From: an uncultured Alphaproteobacteria bacterium
GTDB taxonomy: Bacteria > Pseudomonadota > Alphaproteobacteria > Rhizobiales > Methyloligellaceae
NCBI GenBank assembly: GCA_963817175.1
Contig: CAWFNK010000026.1
Coordinates: 6,793 to 70,792, forward strand
Length of the DNA stretch: 64,000 nt
Direction of reading: 5' to 3'
Position 1 is the stretch's first letter; each line of letters opens with the position of its first letter. Made by a program: the position numbers and the translations under genes. Positions 30,129 through 39,881 of the stretch are shown here, one piece after another. The notes beneath the pieces were generated by a model that worked only from the letters and a program-made list of their open reading frames with translations, had not been told where the DNA came from and ran no database searches.

Positions 30129-31553
30129 CTATTCGCGCAGCAAGCGCTTCAGAAGCTCGATCTCCTCGCGGAGCTGGGTGTCGTCGTTCATCAGCTGCTC
30201 GATCTTGCGGATCGCGTGCAGCACGGTGGTGTGGTCGCGATTGCCGAAGCGCCGGCCGATCTCCGGCAGCGAGCGCGAGGTGAGGAGCTTCGCGAGATAC
30301 ATGCCGATCTGCCGCGGCCGCACGATCGAGCGGTTGCGCCGTCCCGACAGGAGATCGCCCCGGTTGACGCCGTAATGCTTCGACACGGTGCGCAGGATGT
30401 CGTCGATGCGCACCCGCCTTGGCTCTGCCCCGCGCATCAGATCGCGCACGATCTGCTCGGCGGTCTCGAGCGTCACCGGCTCGTCGGTCAGCTGGAAGCT
30501 CGCGCGCAGGCGGTGCACCGCGCCTTCGAGCTCGCGCCCGCTCTCGGTCAGGCGTTCGGCGAGGAAGGCAAGCACGATGTCGGAAATGTCGAGCCCCCTG
30601 GTCTCGGTGCAGGCTTCGGTCGCCCGCTTCTCGAGGATCTTGTGGCGCAGCTCGTAGTCCATGGCGCCGATCTCGGCGACCAGGCCCCCGCCAAGCCGCG
30701 AGCGCATGCGCATGTCGAGCTTGTCGAGCTGGGTCGGCGCCCGGTCGGCCGCGACGATCACCTGCCGGCCGCCGTCGATCAGCGAATTCAGCGTGTGACA
30801 GAACTCTTGCTGGATGGTCGGCCCCTGTAGGAACTCCATGTCGTCGATCAGGAGAATGTCGATCTTGCGCAGCTTCTCCTTGAAGGCGAGCGCGTCGCGC
30901 GCGCGAAGCGCCTGCACGAAGCCCGACATGAAGCGCTCGGCGGTGAGATAGAGCACCTGTGCCTCGGGCTTCCGCTGCTTCACCTCCCAGGAGATCGCGT
31001 GCAAGAGATGGGTTTTGCCCAAACCGACATTGCCGTGCACGAACAGCGGATTGAACAGAGGCTGCGGCGCCGAGAAGGCGCCTGCCACCTCTTGCGCGGC
31101 GGCATAAGCCAGCCGGTTCGAGGCGCCGACCATGAAGCTGCCAAAGCTCAGCCTCGGATCGAGCGGCGAGCCCTCGAACCCACCATAGCCGGTGCGCAGC
31201 GGCATCGGCAGCGGCGCCAATTCGGGCGCGGCTTCCAGCTGCGGCCGCCGCTGGCGCGGCTGCTCCTTGGGAATCTCGGTGCCGAAATGCGGCTGCCTGA
31301 CCCTGAATTCGAGGCGCTCAACGCTCGGCCATTCGCCGCGTGAAAGCCTCAAGACGAAGTCGTAGTAATGCGAGCGGAGCCAGTTCCTGAGGAAGCGGGT
31401 CGCCACGGTGAGATGCACGACCTCGTCGTCCACCTGCTCGACCTCGACCCCCCTGAACCAACTGGCGAAGACGTCTTCTCCCAGCTCAGCGCGTAACCGG
31501 CTTTTGACCCTCGCCCAAGCGTCGCTTGGCGCGCACTGCTCTTGCTGTGCCAC
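30129..31553 (-). CDS. dnaA: Chromosomal replication initiator DnaA
   Basis: FNPLFVHGNVGLGKTHL, LLIDD, RELEGA, SLPEIGRRFGNRDHTTVLHA. Confidence 0.99.
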   Translation of the reverse strand: MAQQEQCAPSDAWARVKSRLRAELGEDVFASWFRGVEVEQVDDEVVHLTVATRFLRNWLRSHYYDFVLRLSRGEWPSVERLEFRVRQPHFGTEIPKEQPRQRRPQLEAAPELAPLPMPLRTGYGGFEGSPLDPRLSFGSFMVGASNRLAYAAAQEVAGAFSAPQPLFNPLFVHGNVGLGKTHLLHAISWEVKQRKPEAQVLYLTAERFMSGFVQALRARDALAFKEKLRKIDILLIDDMEFLQGPTIQQEFCHTLNSLIDGGRQVIVAADRAPTQLDKLDMRMRSRLGGGLVAEIGAMDYELRHKILEKRATEACTETRGLDISDIVLAFLAERLTESGRELEGAVHRLRASFQLTDEPVTLETAEQIVRDLMRGAEPRRVRIDDILRTVSKHYGVNRGDLLSGRRNRSIVRPRQIGMYLAKLLTSRSLPEIGRRFGNRDHTTVLHAIRKIEQLMNDDTQLREEIELLKRLLRE

Positions 31554-31672
31554 GGTTTCTGCTCTTTCCCATTCTTTTGGTTCGCGCCGTTACGCACCGC
31601 ACGCATGTTACTTGAGCAGTCAACCAGATCGACGCGGACAGTCATGACCCGTCCCTACAACCGGCCTCGCCC

Positions 31673-32143
31673 CTAGCCTTGCTGCCAGGGCAGACCAGCC
31701 GCCTTCCAACCCGCAACGGCACCGCGATGCCGGCCATCGTCGAGCGGTCCCTCGAAACCGCATTCGACGTTGTGACACGCGCGATACCCCACTTCAGCCA
31801 TCGCCTTGGCCGCAGCCAAGCTCCGGCTTCCCGAACGGCAAATGAAGAAGAGGTCGTCGTCCTCTTTCACGCCAAGCGCCTTGAGTTCTCCGGCCAGGCG
31901 TTCCGCGAAGCGCGGGTCCACCGCCTGATCGGGAAAGGTCTGCCACTCTACAAGGACAGTCCGTTTGCCGACAGGTCCGAGATCCGGAATTCCCACATAG
32001 GTCCACTCAGCGCGCGTGCGCACATCGACAAGCTGCGATCGAGGCTGCGACTGGAGGGTCTTCCAGACCGTCTCCACATCGACGTCATCGACCGCTCTAT
32101 CGCCGGTCTGTGCGCTCAAAGGAACGTCCTCCCCTGAAGACAA
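31673..32143 (-). CDS. Single-domain rhodanese/sulfurtransferase
   Basis: LVDVRTRAEWTYVGIPD, FICRSGSRS active-site loop, GFEG...GWKAAGLPW. Confidence 0.92.
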   Translation of the reverse strand: MSSGEDVPLSAQTGDRAVDDVDVETVWKTLQSQPRSQLVDVRTRAEWTYVGIPDLGPVGKRTVLVEWQTFPDQAVDPRFAERLAGELKALGVKEDDDLFFICRSGSRSLAAAKAMAEVGYRACHNVECGFEGPLDDGRHRGAVAGWKAAGLPWQQG

Positions 32144-32685
32144 GAGTACGACGTAAGAACAAATTTCGTGTTGGCAACAATAGGTAGTGGCTATTCAGGC
32201 CAACTGACCACGGCCACCCCCAGATTACGCATCAACATTCCACAAGATTTCCACGCTCTTCACATTGAAGACAACGAAAACCTTTCCCGGGAATAACCAG
32301 GACCAAGGTACTCAATTGTGAAGGAGGGGAATGCCCCGTTCGGATGATTGGACTATACACATGCGCCCATCGCTGATCAAGCGAGCGGCCCCCGCGTGCG
32401 TCCCCGCGAGCCTTTGTCGCGAACGGCCTCAGCCACGCTTCGCAAGCCTCTGTGACGCCAGCGTGAATCGTTTGAAAATCTCGATGAGCCCGACGGTTTG
32501 GCGAGACTTCGCCGCCGGCAATGTCACACGAATTTTTTTTGGGGATGACGACGGGGACACGCGTGTTGCGTTTCGACCGCAGCGCCCTGTGCGACAAGCG
32601 GTTGAAATATTCGTTGAAACGACATGATCGGCGTGCTCTCTCGCGCGCCGTCTGTTGCCGCCAAACAACAGGAGAGGTTTTTTTG

Positions 32686-32955
32686 TTAGGGGGAGCCCAT
32701 GGCGCCGACGCGCTTGACCAGCCGCGAGAGTTTGCGCGACGCGGTCTTGCGATGGACGATGCCTTTTTGCGCGTTGCGCGCGATCACCGGCTCGGCTGCC
32801 TTCAGCGCCGCGGCGGCGGCTTCCTTGTTGCCGGAGGCGATCGCCTCTTCGACGTTGCGCACCGAGCTCCGCAGCCTGGTTCGCCGTGCCTTGTTGACGG
32901 CGGTGCGGCGGACGGTCTGACGGGCGGCCTTCTTGGCCGATTTGGTATTAGCCAT
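32686..32955 (-). CDS. rpsT: 30S ribosomal protein S20
   Basis: [25 protein letters not shown]...[16 protein letters not shown]. Confidence 0.98.
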   Translation of the reverse strand: MANTKSAKKAARQTVRRTAVNKARRTRLRSSVRNVEEAIASGNKEAAAAALKAAEPVIARNAQKGIVHRKTASRKLSRLVKRVGAMGSP

Positions 32956-33024
32956 GATTTGATCCTTGAGAGGCCCTAAAGCCTTATGCCCTGGCAAAGG
33001 CGGCTGGGCGGGAGATTGGGGTGC

Positions 33025-33053
33025 TCTATAGCGAGAGGTCCAGGAAGCGTCAA
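33025..33053 (-). promoter_or_regulatory. Sigma70-type promoter for rpsT
   Basis: Minus strand TTGACG-17 nt-TATAGA, about 70 nt upstream of the rpsT start. Confidence 0.7.
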
Positions 33054-33162
33054 CCGCACCGGGAAGCGGCTCGCCCCCTCAAGGTCTCCTGGCAATTGAC
33101 AGAGCGAGACGTCGGTGGCTCTCCTGTCGCGGCTTTCAGGAGAGGGGCAGAGTAGTAGCGCG

Positions 33163-34170
33163 ATGCGGGTCCTGCTTACCGGCGCCGCCGGTTTCATTGG
33201 TTATCATACGGCGGCACGGTTGCTCGACCGCGGTCACGAGGTGATCGGGTTCGACAATCTCAATGCCTATTACGATGTGTCGCTGAAAGAGGCGCGCCTC
33301 GCGCGGCTGAAGGACCGCGAGGGGTTTCGCTTCCTCAAGGCCGATCTTGCCGACCGGACCGCCGTCGATGCGACCTTCGCCGAGGAGAAGCCCACGCGCG
33401 TGATCCATCTCGCCGCGCAGGCGGGTGTGCGCTATTCGCTCGAGCACCCGCACAGCTATATCAACTCGAACCTCACCGGCTTCCTGCATATCCTCGAGGG
33501 CTGCCGCCATCACGGCGTCGAGCATCTCGTCTATGCCTCGTCGAGCTCGGTCTACGGCGCCAACCGCAAGCTGCCCTTCGACGTGAGCGATCCCGTCGAT
33601 CATCCGGTGAGCCTCTATGGTGCGACCAAGAAGGCCAACGAGCTGATGGCGCATTCTTATGCCCATCTGTTCGCCCTGCCGGTGACGGGCTTGCGCTTTT
33701 TCACCGTGTACGGTCCCTGGGGGCGGCCCGACATGTCGCTCTTCCTGTTCACCAAGAAGATCCTCGCCGGCGAGCCGATCGAGGTCTTCAACTACGGCCA
33801 TCACGCCCGCGATTTCACTTATATCGACGACGCGGTCGAAGGGATCTTGCGCACCTTCGATAAGGTCGCGACACCCGATCCCGCTTGGAACCCCGAGGCG
33901 CCCGACCCCGCCACCTCGTCGGCGCCCTACCGGATCTACAATATCGGCAACAACAGCCCCGTCGCGCTGCTCGACTTTATCGCCGCGATCGAGCAGGCGC
34001 TGGGGCGCAAGGCTAAGATCGAGCTCCTGCCGCAGCAGCCGGGCGACGTCGAGGAGACCTATGCCGGGGTCGAGGCGCTGAAAGAGGCGACCGGGTTCCA
34101 GCCCGCGACGCCGCTCGCCACCGGCATCGAGCGCTTCGTCACCTGGTATCGGGACTATTACCGGGCCTGA
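33163..34170 (+). CDS. NAD-dependent epimerase (UDP-glucuronate 4-epimerase-like)
   Basis: [52 protein letters not shown]. Confidence 0.93.
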   Translation: MRVLLTGAAGFIGYHTAARLLDRGHEVIGFDNLNAYYDVSLKEARLARLKDREGFRFLKADLADRTAVDATFAEEKPTRVIHLAAQAGVRYSLEHPHSYINSNLTGFLHILEGCRHHGVEHLVYASSSSVYGANRKLPFDVSDPVDHPVSLYGATKKANELMAHSYAHLFALPVTGLRFFTVYGPWGRPDMSLFLFTKKILAGEPIEVFNYGHHARDFTYIDDAVEGILRTFDKVATPDPAWNPEAPDPATSSAPYRIYNIGNNSPVALLDFIAAIEQALGRKAKIELLPQQPGDVEETYAGVEALKEATGFQPATPLATGIERFVTWYRDYYRA

Positions 34171-34189
34171 TGCGGCGCGGGGAGTTGTG

Positions 34190-34217
34190 TTGACAAGGCG
34201 CCCGCACGCGCCATGAT
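34190..34217 (+). promoter_or_regulatory. Possible sigma70 promoter for the TIR gene
   Basis: TTGACA-16 nt-CATGAT in the short gap after the epimerase. Confidence 0.4.
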
Positions 34218-34257
34218 CCCTTGCGGCGCCCCGTAACCTGTAACGCGAGCCAGCAAT

Positions 34258-35583
34258 TTGCCCCCGGCGAAAAAGCCCAAACCGCCAAAGCTCTCGGCCT
34301 TCATCAGCCACGCCAAGGCCGACGCCAAGAAGGCGCAAGAGATTGCCGCCTCCTTGGAGGAGCGCGGGCTCCAATGCTGGATCGCGCCGCGCGATGTGAA
34401 GGCGGGGCGCGCCTACGGCGATGAGATCATCAGGGGCATCGAGAGCGCCAAGGCGTTCGTTCTCGTGCTGTCCAAGGCGTCGAACGGCTCGGACTTCGTC
34501 GCCCGCGAGGTCGAGCGGGCGGTGAGCAAGCAGAAGCCGATTTTTGTCGTTCGCCTCGCCAATGTCGAGCCGGCGCCGGCGCTCGAGCTGTTCATCTCGG
34601 GAACGCAATGGATCGATGCCTTCCCGGGTAGGCTCGGTCCGCATATCGGCCGGCTGGCCAAGCTGCTTGGCGAGGAGGGCGATGCCGAGCCCGTCGATCT
34701 TGGCGGCGGCAAGGACGACCCCAAGCCTAAGCCGCCACGTTGGATCTGGCCCGCTGCCGCCGCGGCGGTGGCGCTGATCGCCGTTGGCGGCAGCGATGGC
34801 GCTTTGGCCGGGGCAGACGCCGTCGCCTGCCGGCGATCCCGGCCTCGAGCCGGCCTTGCTGACCAAGCCGGTGTGGCCCGAAAATCCGGAAATCTCCGCG
34901 CGGGAGCAGATCGCGGCAGTGCGGCCCGATACAAAGATGATCGCCGGCGGCAAGCCGGCGGCCGCGGGCGGAGGCTATGCCTTCAAGCTCGAGCCCGACG
35001 AGCCCGCGGAGGGAAGGGGCGATTTTGCCACGGCGATCCCGACTTCCGGGCCTGCGAGAAATTGCCGGGAAAGGATGGCATCGCCGCCTGCGACCGCGCC
35101 ATCGCCTCGGGCAAATTCAGCCGGCCGCGCCTGTCTTACCTCTACAGCGATCGCGGCTTCTGCGATGCAGCACGGGCGATCTCGACGCGGCACTTGCCGA
35201 TTTCAACAAGGCGGCCGAGATCGATCCCACCAATTTCTATGCCTATTGGAATCGCGGCGCGGTCTATGCCGGCCAAGTGGCGACTTCGGCCGCGCCCGGG
35301 CAGACTTCACCAAGGCGCTCGCCCTCAATCCCGACACGGCGTCGAAGGCGAGGATCGAGGAAGCGCTGAATGCCATCGATCGCAGCGCCAGCGAGGCGAA
35401 GGCTGAGCCGCCGATCCCTCTGTCATCACCGACCCGTCGCGGTTTGACGATCAGCTGGGAGAGCGGCGCCTCTGCCGCCCAGAGCTTCCCGACCGACGCC
35501 ATGCCGGCCTTCCCGTCGGCTCCGCCGAGGCCGCTCTCCCGTGCGATCCCCGCCGATGCCGCCGCCGATCGCCGGCGCGGTAG
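34258..35583 (+). CDS. TIR domain - transmembrane helix - TPR protein (several frameshifts after the TM segment)
   Basis: TIR: AFISHAKAD, CWIAPRDV, FVLVLS, SDFVAREVERA, QWIDAF. TM: WIWPAAAAAVALIAVG. TPR fragments across frames: IAACDRAIASG, YSDRG, GDLDAALADFNKAAEIDP, AYWNRGAVY, ARADFTKALALNP. Probable stop TAG 35581-83. Confidence 0.8.
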
Positions 35584-35587
35584 CGCG

Positions 35588-36418
35588 TCATCTGTTCTTG
35601 AACTCGGGCTTCCGCTTCTCGATGAAGGCGGCCATGCCTTCCTTCTGGTCCTCGGTGGCGAACAGCGAGTAGAACTGGCCGCGCTCGAAGCGCGTGCCTT
35701 CGGCGAGCGTGGTGGCGAAGCCGCGATTGATCGCCTCCTTGATCATCATCACCGCATGCTGCGAGAGATTGGCGATCTTGTCGGCGACCTTGATCGCCTC
35801 GTCCATCAGCTCGGCTGCCGGCACCACCCGGCTCACGAGGTTCGAGCGCTCGGCTTCCTCGGCATTGATGCGCCGACCGGTCAGGCAAAGCTCCATGGCC
35901 TTGGCCTTGCCCACGGCGCGGGTGAGCCGCTGCGTGCCGCCATTGCCCGGCATGATGCCGAGCGTGATCTCGGGCTGGCCGAACACGGCATTGTCGGCGG
36001 CGAGGATGATGTCGCAGGCCATGGCAAGCTCGCAGCCGCCGCCGAGCGCATAGCCCGCCACCGCCGCGATGATCGGCTTGCGGCAATGGCTGATGCGGTC
36101 GAACGGCGCGAGGAAGTCGCTGCCATAGGCCTCGACGAAGGTCTTCTGGTGCATCTCCTTGATGTCGACGCCGGCGGCGAATGCCTTCTCGTTGCCGGTG
36201 ATGACGATGCAGCCGATCGTCGGATCGGCCTCGAAGGAATCGAGCGCGCGGTTGACCTCGCTGATCAGCTCGGTGTTTAGGGCGTTCAGCGCGTGCGGGC
36301 GGTTGAGCTGGATCAGCCCGACCTTGCCCTTGGTCGAGACGAGGATCGTCTCATAGGCGCCGTTCTTTTTCGGTGCTTCGGGATCGGGCTCCCTGGCGGT
36401 GAAGACATTCGCAAACAT
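35588..36418 (-). CDS. Enoyl-CoA hydratase
   Basis: [48 protein letters not shown]. Confidence 0.95.
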   Translation of the reverse strand: MFANVFTAREPDPEAPKKNGAYETILVSTKGKVGLIQLNRPHALNALNTELISEVNRALDSFEADPTIGCIVITGNEKAFAAGVDIKEMHQKTFVEAYGSDFLAPFDRISHCRKPIIAAVAGYALGGGCELAMACDIILAADNAVFGQPEITLGIMPGNGGTQRLTRAVGKAKAMELCLTGRRINAEEAERSNLVSRVVPAAELMDEAIKVADKIANLSQHAVMMIKEAINRGFATTLAEGTRFERGQFYSLFATEDQKEGMAAFIEKRKPEFKNR

Positions 36419-36433
36419 GATGGTTTCAGTCCC

Positions 36434-37307
36434 CTAGCGTTGACAGGTTGGACAATAGAAGGTCGAGCGTCCTCCTTGGACGATGCGGCGTACGGTTCCT
36501 CCGCAGCCTTTTCTTGAGCAGGGCTTGCCTTCGCGGCCATAGACCCTGAATCGATGCTGAAACTCCCCGAGCTCGCCGTCGGCGCGCCGATAGTCGCGCA
36601 GCGACGAGCCGCCGGCCTTGATCGCGTCTTCGAGCACGGCTTTGACGGCGGCGACGAGAGCTTGCGTCTTCGTGGTCGGCTTGCCGGATTTGGTGACGAG
36701 CGAGCCGGCGAGCTTCAACGGCGAGATGCCGGCCCTGAACAGCGCCTCGCAGGCATAGATATTGCCGAGCCCGGCGATCAGCCTCTGATCGATCAGCGCG
36801 GCCTTGATCGAGGTGGCCTTGCCCTTGAGGCGAGTGGCGAGCCAGGCGGCGGTGAAGGCGCCGCTGAGCGGCTCGACGCCGAGGCCTTTGAACAGCGCGT
36901 GGCTGTCGAGCCCCTTGTTCGGAATGAGGTCCATATAGCCGAAGCGGCGCGCATCGGAGTAGCGGACGGACGTGCCGTCGCCGAGATGGAACACGATATG
37001 CTCGTGCTTCGGCGCTTGTGTTTGCTCATGCGCGAATTTGCCGACTGCGCCGTTCTGGTCGATGGAGAAGCGGCCGGTCATGCCGAGATGCATCACCAGC
37101 ACCTCGCCGTCGTCGAGCCGCGCCAGCAGATATTTGGCGCGCCGGTCGAGCGCCTCGATTCTGCGCCCCAATAGCCTCTCGCCGAAGCGCTTCGGCAGCG
37201 GGAAAGCGCAAATCCGGGCGCCTCTGCTCGACGCGCGCGAATTCGTTGCCGACAAGAATCGGCTCCAATCCCCGGCGCACGGTCTCGACCTCTGGCAGCT
37301 CAGGCAT
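36434..37307 (-). CDS. mutM: Formamidopyrimidine-DNA glycosylase (frameshift at ~37200)
   Basis: [44 protein letters not shown]-terminal zinc finger ...[11 protein letters not shown]. Confidence 0.95.
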
Positions 37308-37344
37308 GCTGATCTGTCTGAATACCGCAGTGCAGAAGAACCTA

Positions 37345-37357
37345 GTTGCACTGCAAC
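37345..37357. promoter_or_regulatory. PhaR-type palindrome in the mutM/ubiE divergent gap
   Basis: GTTGCACTGCAAC, with the same arms as 20375-20387. Confidence 0.45.
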
Positions 37358-37398
37358 AATAGCCTGATCTTGGCCCTTGCGCTATTGTCCCCGCGAAA

Positions 37399-38175
37399 AT
37401 GTCCGAAGATCTCGACAGACCAGATACTGCGCAGCCGAAGGCGAGTTTCGGCTTCGCCCGCGTGCGCGAGGAGGCCAAGCAAGGCCTGGTGAACGAGGTC
37501 TTTGCCAAGGTCGCGCGGAACTACGATCTGATGAACGATCTGATGTCCGGCGGCCTGCACCGCTATGGAAAAACGACCTCGTCGCCTGGCTTGCACCGCC
37601 GAAAAGCGCGGTTCCTTACGCGCTGTTGGACGTCGCCGGCGGCACCGGCGACGTGGCCATGCGCGTGCTCGAGGCCGCCGGGCCCGGGCACGTCGGCCGC
37701 GATCTGCGATATCAGCGCCGAGATGATGCAGGTCGGGCGGGCGAGGGCGGAGAGCGAGAGCGGCAGGCTCAGCTTCGTGCAGGGTAACGCCGAGGCGCTG
37801 CCCTTCGCGGATCGGAATTTCGACGCTTATACGATCGCCTTCGGCATGCGCAATCTCACCCATATGGAGGCGGCGCTCCGCGAGGCCTTCCGCGTGCTCA
37901 AGCCCGGCGGCCGGTTCCTCTGCCTCGAATTCTCCAGCGTCGAGGTTCCGCTGCTCGACACGCTCTACGACGCCTATTCCTTCAACGCGATCCCGGCGCT
38001 TGGCGGGCTTGTCGCCGGCGACAGCGCCGCTTATCGCTATCTGGTGGAGAGCATCCGCCGCTTCCCCGATCAGAAAACCTTCATGCGTTTGATCGAGAAT
38101 GCGGGCTTCGAACAGGTGCGCTATCGCAATCTGACCGGCGGCATTGCGGCCATCCACTCCGGCTGGCGGTTATAA
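37399..38175 (+). CDS. ubiE: Ubiquinone/menaquinone C-methyltransferase (compensating frameshifts ~37563 and ~37687)
   Basis: [23 protein letters not shown] (alternate frame), [33 protein letters not shown]. Confidence 0.95.
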   Translation: MSEDLDRPDTAQPKASFGFARVREEAKQGLVNEVFAKVARNYDLMNDLMSGGLHRYGKTTSSPGLHRRKARFLTRCWTSPAAPATWPCACSRPPGPGTSAAICDISAEMMQVGRARAESESGRLSFVQGNAEALPFADRNFDAYTIAFGMRNLTHMEAALREAFRVLKPGGRFLCLEFSSVEVPLLDTLYDAYSFNAIPALGGLVAGDSAAYRYLVESIRRFPDQKTFMRLIENAGFEQVRYRNLTGGIAAIHSGWRL

Positions 38176-38184
38176 GGAACCAGA

Positions 38185-39762
38185 GTGAACGCCATCGCCA
38201 ATATGGCTCGCTTGACCAAGGCCGGCGCCGTGCTGGCCTGGTCCGGCGCGCGCGTGCTCCCCGCCGATGTGACCTTGCCAGGGCCACTCGCGCTGTTCGC
38301 CCGCGTCACCGCGCCGCTCCGCAACGGCACCGCCGATCATGCGAACCAGGCGAAGCTGTCAGACGCGCTGACCTCGCTCGGGCCGTCCTACATCAAGCTC
38401 GGCCAGTTCCTTGCCACCCGCGACGACATCATCGGCCGCGAGCTTGCCCGCGATCTATCGACGCTGCAGGACCGGCTGCCGCCCTTCTCGCAAGAAGAGG
38501 CGCGCGCCGCCGTCGAGGAAGCGCTGGGCGCGCCGATCGACACGCTCTATGCCGAGTTCGGCCCGCCCGTGGCGGCTGCCTCGATCGCGCAGGTGCACAA
38601 GGCCAAGGTGCGGCTGCCCGACGGCACGCTCAAGGCCGTGGCGGTGAAGGTGCTGCGTCCCGGCATCGAGCAGCGCTTCCAGAAAGACCTCGACAGTTAT
38701 GTGTTCGCCGCGCGCATGATCGAGCGCTTCCACGCGCCCTCGCGGCGCTTGCGGCCGATCGCCGTGGTCGACACCTTGGCGAAGTCCGTCGCCATCGAGA
38801 TGGACCTCCGCATGGAAGCCGCGGCCATCTCCGAGATGGCCGAGAACACCAAGACCGACGAAGGCTTCCGCGTGCCGACCGTCGATTGGACGCGCAGCGC
38901 GCGCCGCGTGCTCACGCTCGAATGGATCGACGCGATCCCGATCGCGGATCGTGACGCGCTTGCCGCCAAGGGCCACGACGTGAAGGCGCTCGGCGCGCTG
39001 CTGATGCAGAGCTTCTTGCGCCACGCCATGCGCGACGGCTTCTTCCATGCCGACATGCATCCCGGCAATCTTTTCGTCGACGATCAGGGCCGCATCGTCG
39101 CGGTCGATTTCGGCATCATGGGACGGCTCGGCATGAAGGAGCGCCGTTTCCTCGCCGAGATCCTCTACGGCTTTCTCAATCGCAACTACCAGCGCGTCGC
39201 CGAGGTGCATTTCGAGGCGGGCTACGTGCCGCGCAAGCATTCGGTCGCGCAATTCGCCCAAGCCTTGCGCGCCATCGGCGAGCCGATCATGGACCGACCG
39301 GCCAGCGAGATCTCCATGGCGCAGCTGCTCGGCCAGCTGTTCCAATATACCGAAGTGTTCGACATGCAGACCCGGCCCGAGCTGTTGCTGCTGCAAAAGA
39401 CCATGGTGGTGGTCGAGGGCGTCGGCCGGAGCCTCGACCCCGAGCTGAATATGTGGATCGTGTCGGAGCCGGTGGTGAAGGAATGGATGGAGAAGACGCT
39501 TGGCCCCGGCGCCCAGTTCGAGGCCGCGGCTGAAAGTGCCGCCTCGGTGGGCCGCTTCATGGGCGAGATTCCCAAATTCCTGGGCCAGGCCGAGCGTACG
39601 GCGGAAGCTCTTTCGGCCATGGCCGAGGACGGCTTGCGGCTCGACGATCAGACCGTCGAGCGCCTGGCCGAGGCGCAAGCGCGCGAGGGCCGGGCAAGCC
39701 GTATCGGCATCTGGGTCGGCGCGCTCGCGCTCGCGGCCATCGCGCTGGCGCTGCTGTTTTGA
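38185..39762 (+). CDS. ubiB: UbiB/ABC1 atypical kinase
   Basis: LGPSYIKLGQ, AAASIAQVH, VAVKVLRP, FFHADMHPGN, DFGIMG. Confidence 0.96.
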   Translation: MNAIANMARLTKAGAVLAWSGARVLPADVTLPGPLALFARVTAPLRNGTADHANQAKLSDALTSLGPSYIKLGQFLATRDDIIGRELARDLSTLQDRLPPFSQEEARAAVEEALGAPIDTLYAEFGPPVAAASIAQVHKAKVRLPDGTLKAVAVKVLRPGIEQRFQKDLDSYVFAARMIERFHAPSRRLRPIAVVDTLAKSVAIEMDLRMEAAAISEMAENTKTDEGFRVPTVDWTRSARRVLTLEWIDAIPIADRDALAAKGHDVKALGALLMQSFLRHAMRDGFFHADMHPGNLFVDDQGRIVAVDFGIMGRLGMKERRFLAEILYGFLNRNYQRVAEVHFEAGYVPRKHSVAQFAQALRAIGEPIMDRPASEISMAQLLGQLFQYTEVFDMQTRPELLLLQKTMVVVEGVGRSLDPELNMWIVSEPVVKEWMEKTLGPGAQFEAAAESAASVGRFMGEIPKFLGQAERTAEALSAMAEDGLRLDDQTVERLAEAQAREGRASRIGIWVGALALAAIALALLF

Positions 39763-39788
39763 GTGTCGATCGTTAACCCCAAATGATA

Positions 39789-39870
39789 GTCATGGCCGGG
39801 CTTGTCCCGGCCATCCACGATTATCATCTGGTCGAACACGTGGATGCCCGGCATAAAGCCGGGCATGACG
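39789..39870. repeat. GTCATG-type palindromic repeat pair
   Basis: GTCATGGCCGGGCTTGTCCCGGCCATCCACG ... CGTGGATGCCCGGCATAAAGCCGGGCATGACG. Confidence 0.85.
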
Positions 39871-39881
39871 ACGGTGAGAAC

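Noticed and set aside
34784-36280. 498-aa ORF downstream of the TIR domain
   Set aside because: A chimera of frameshifted TIR-TPR gene pieces running antisense through the enoyl-CoA hydratase.
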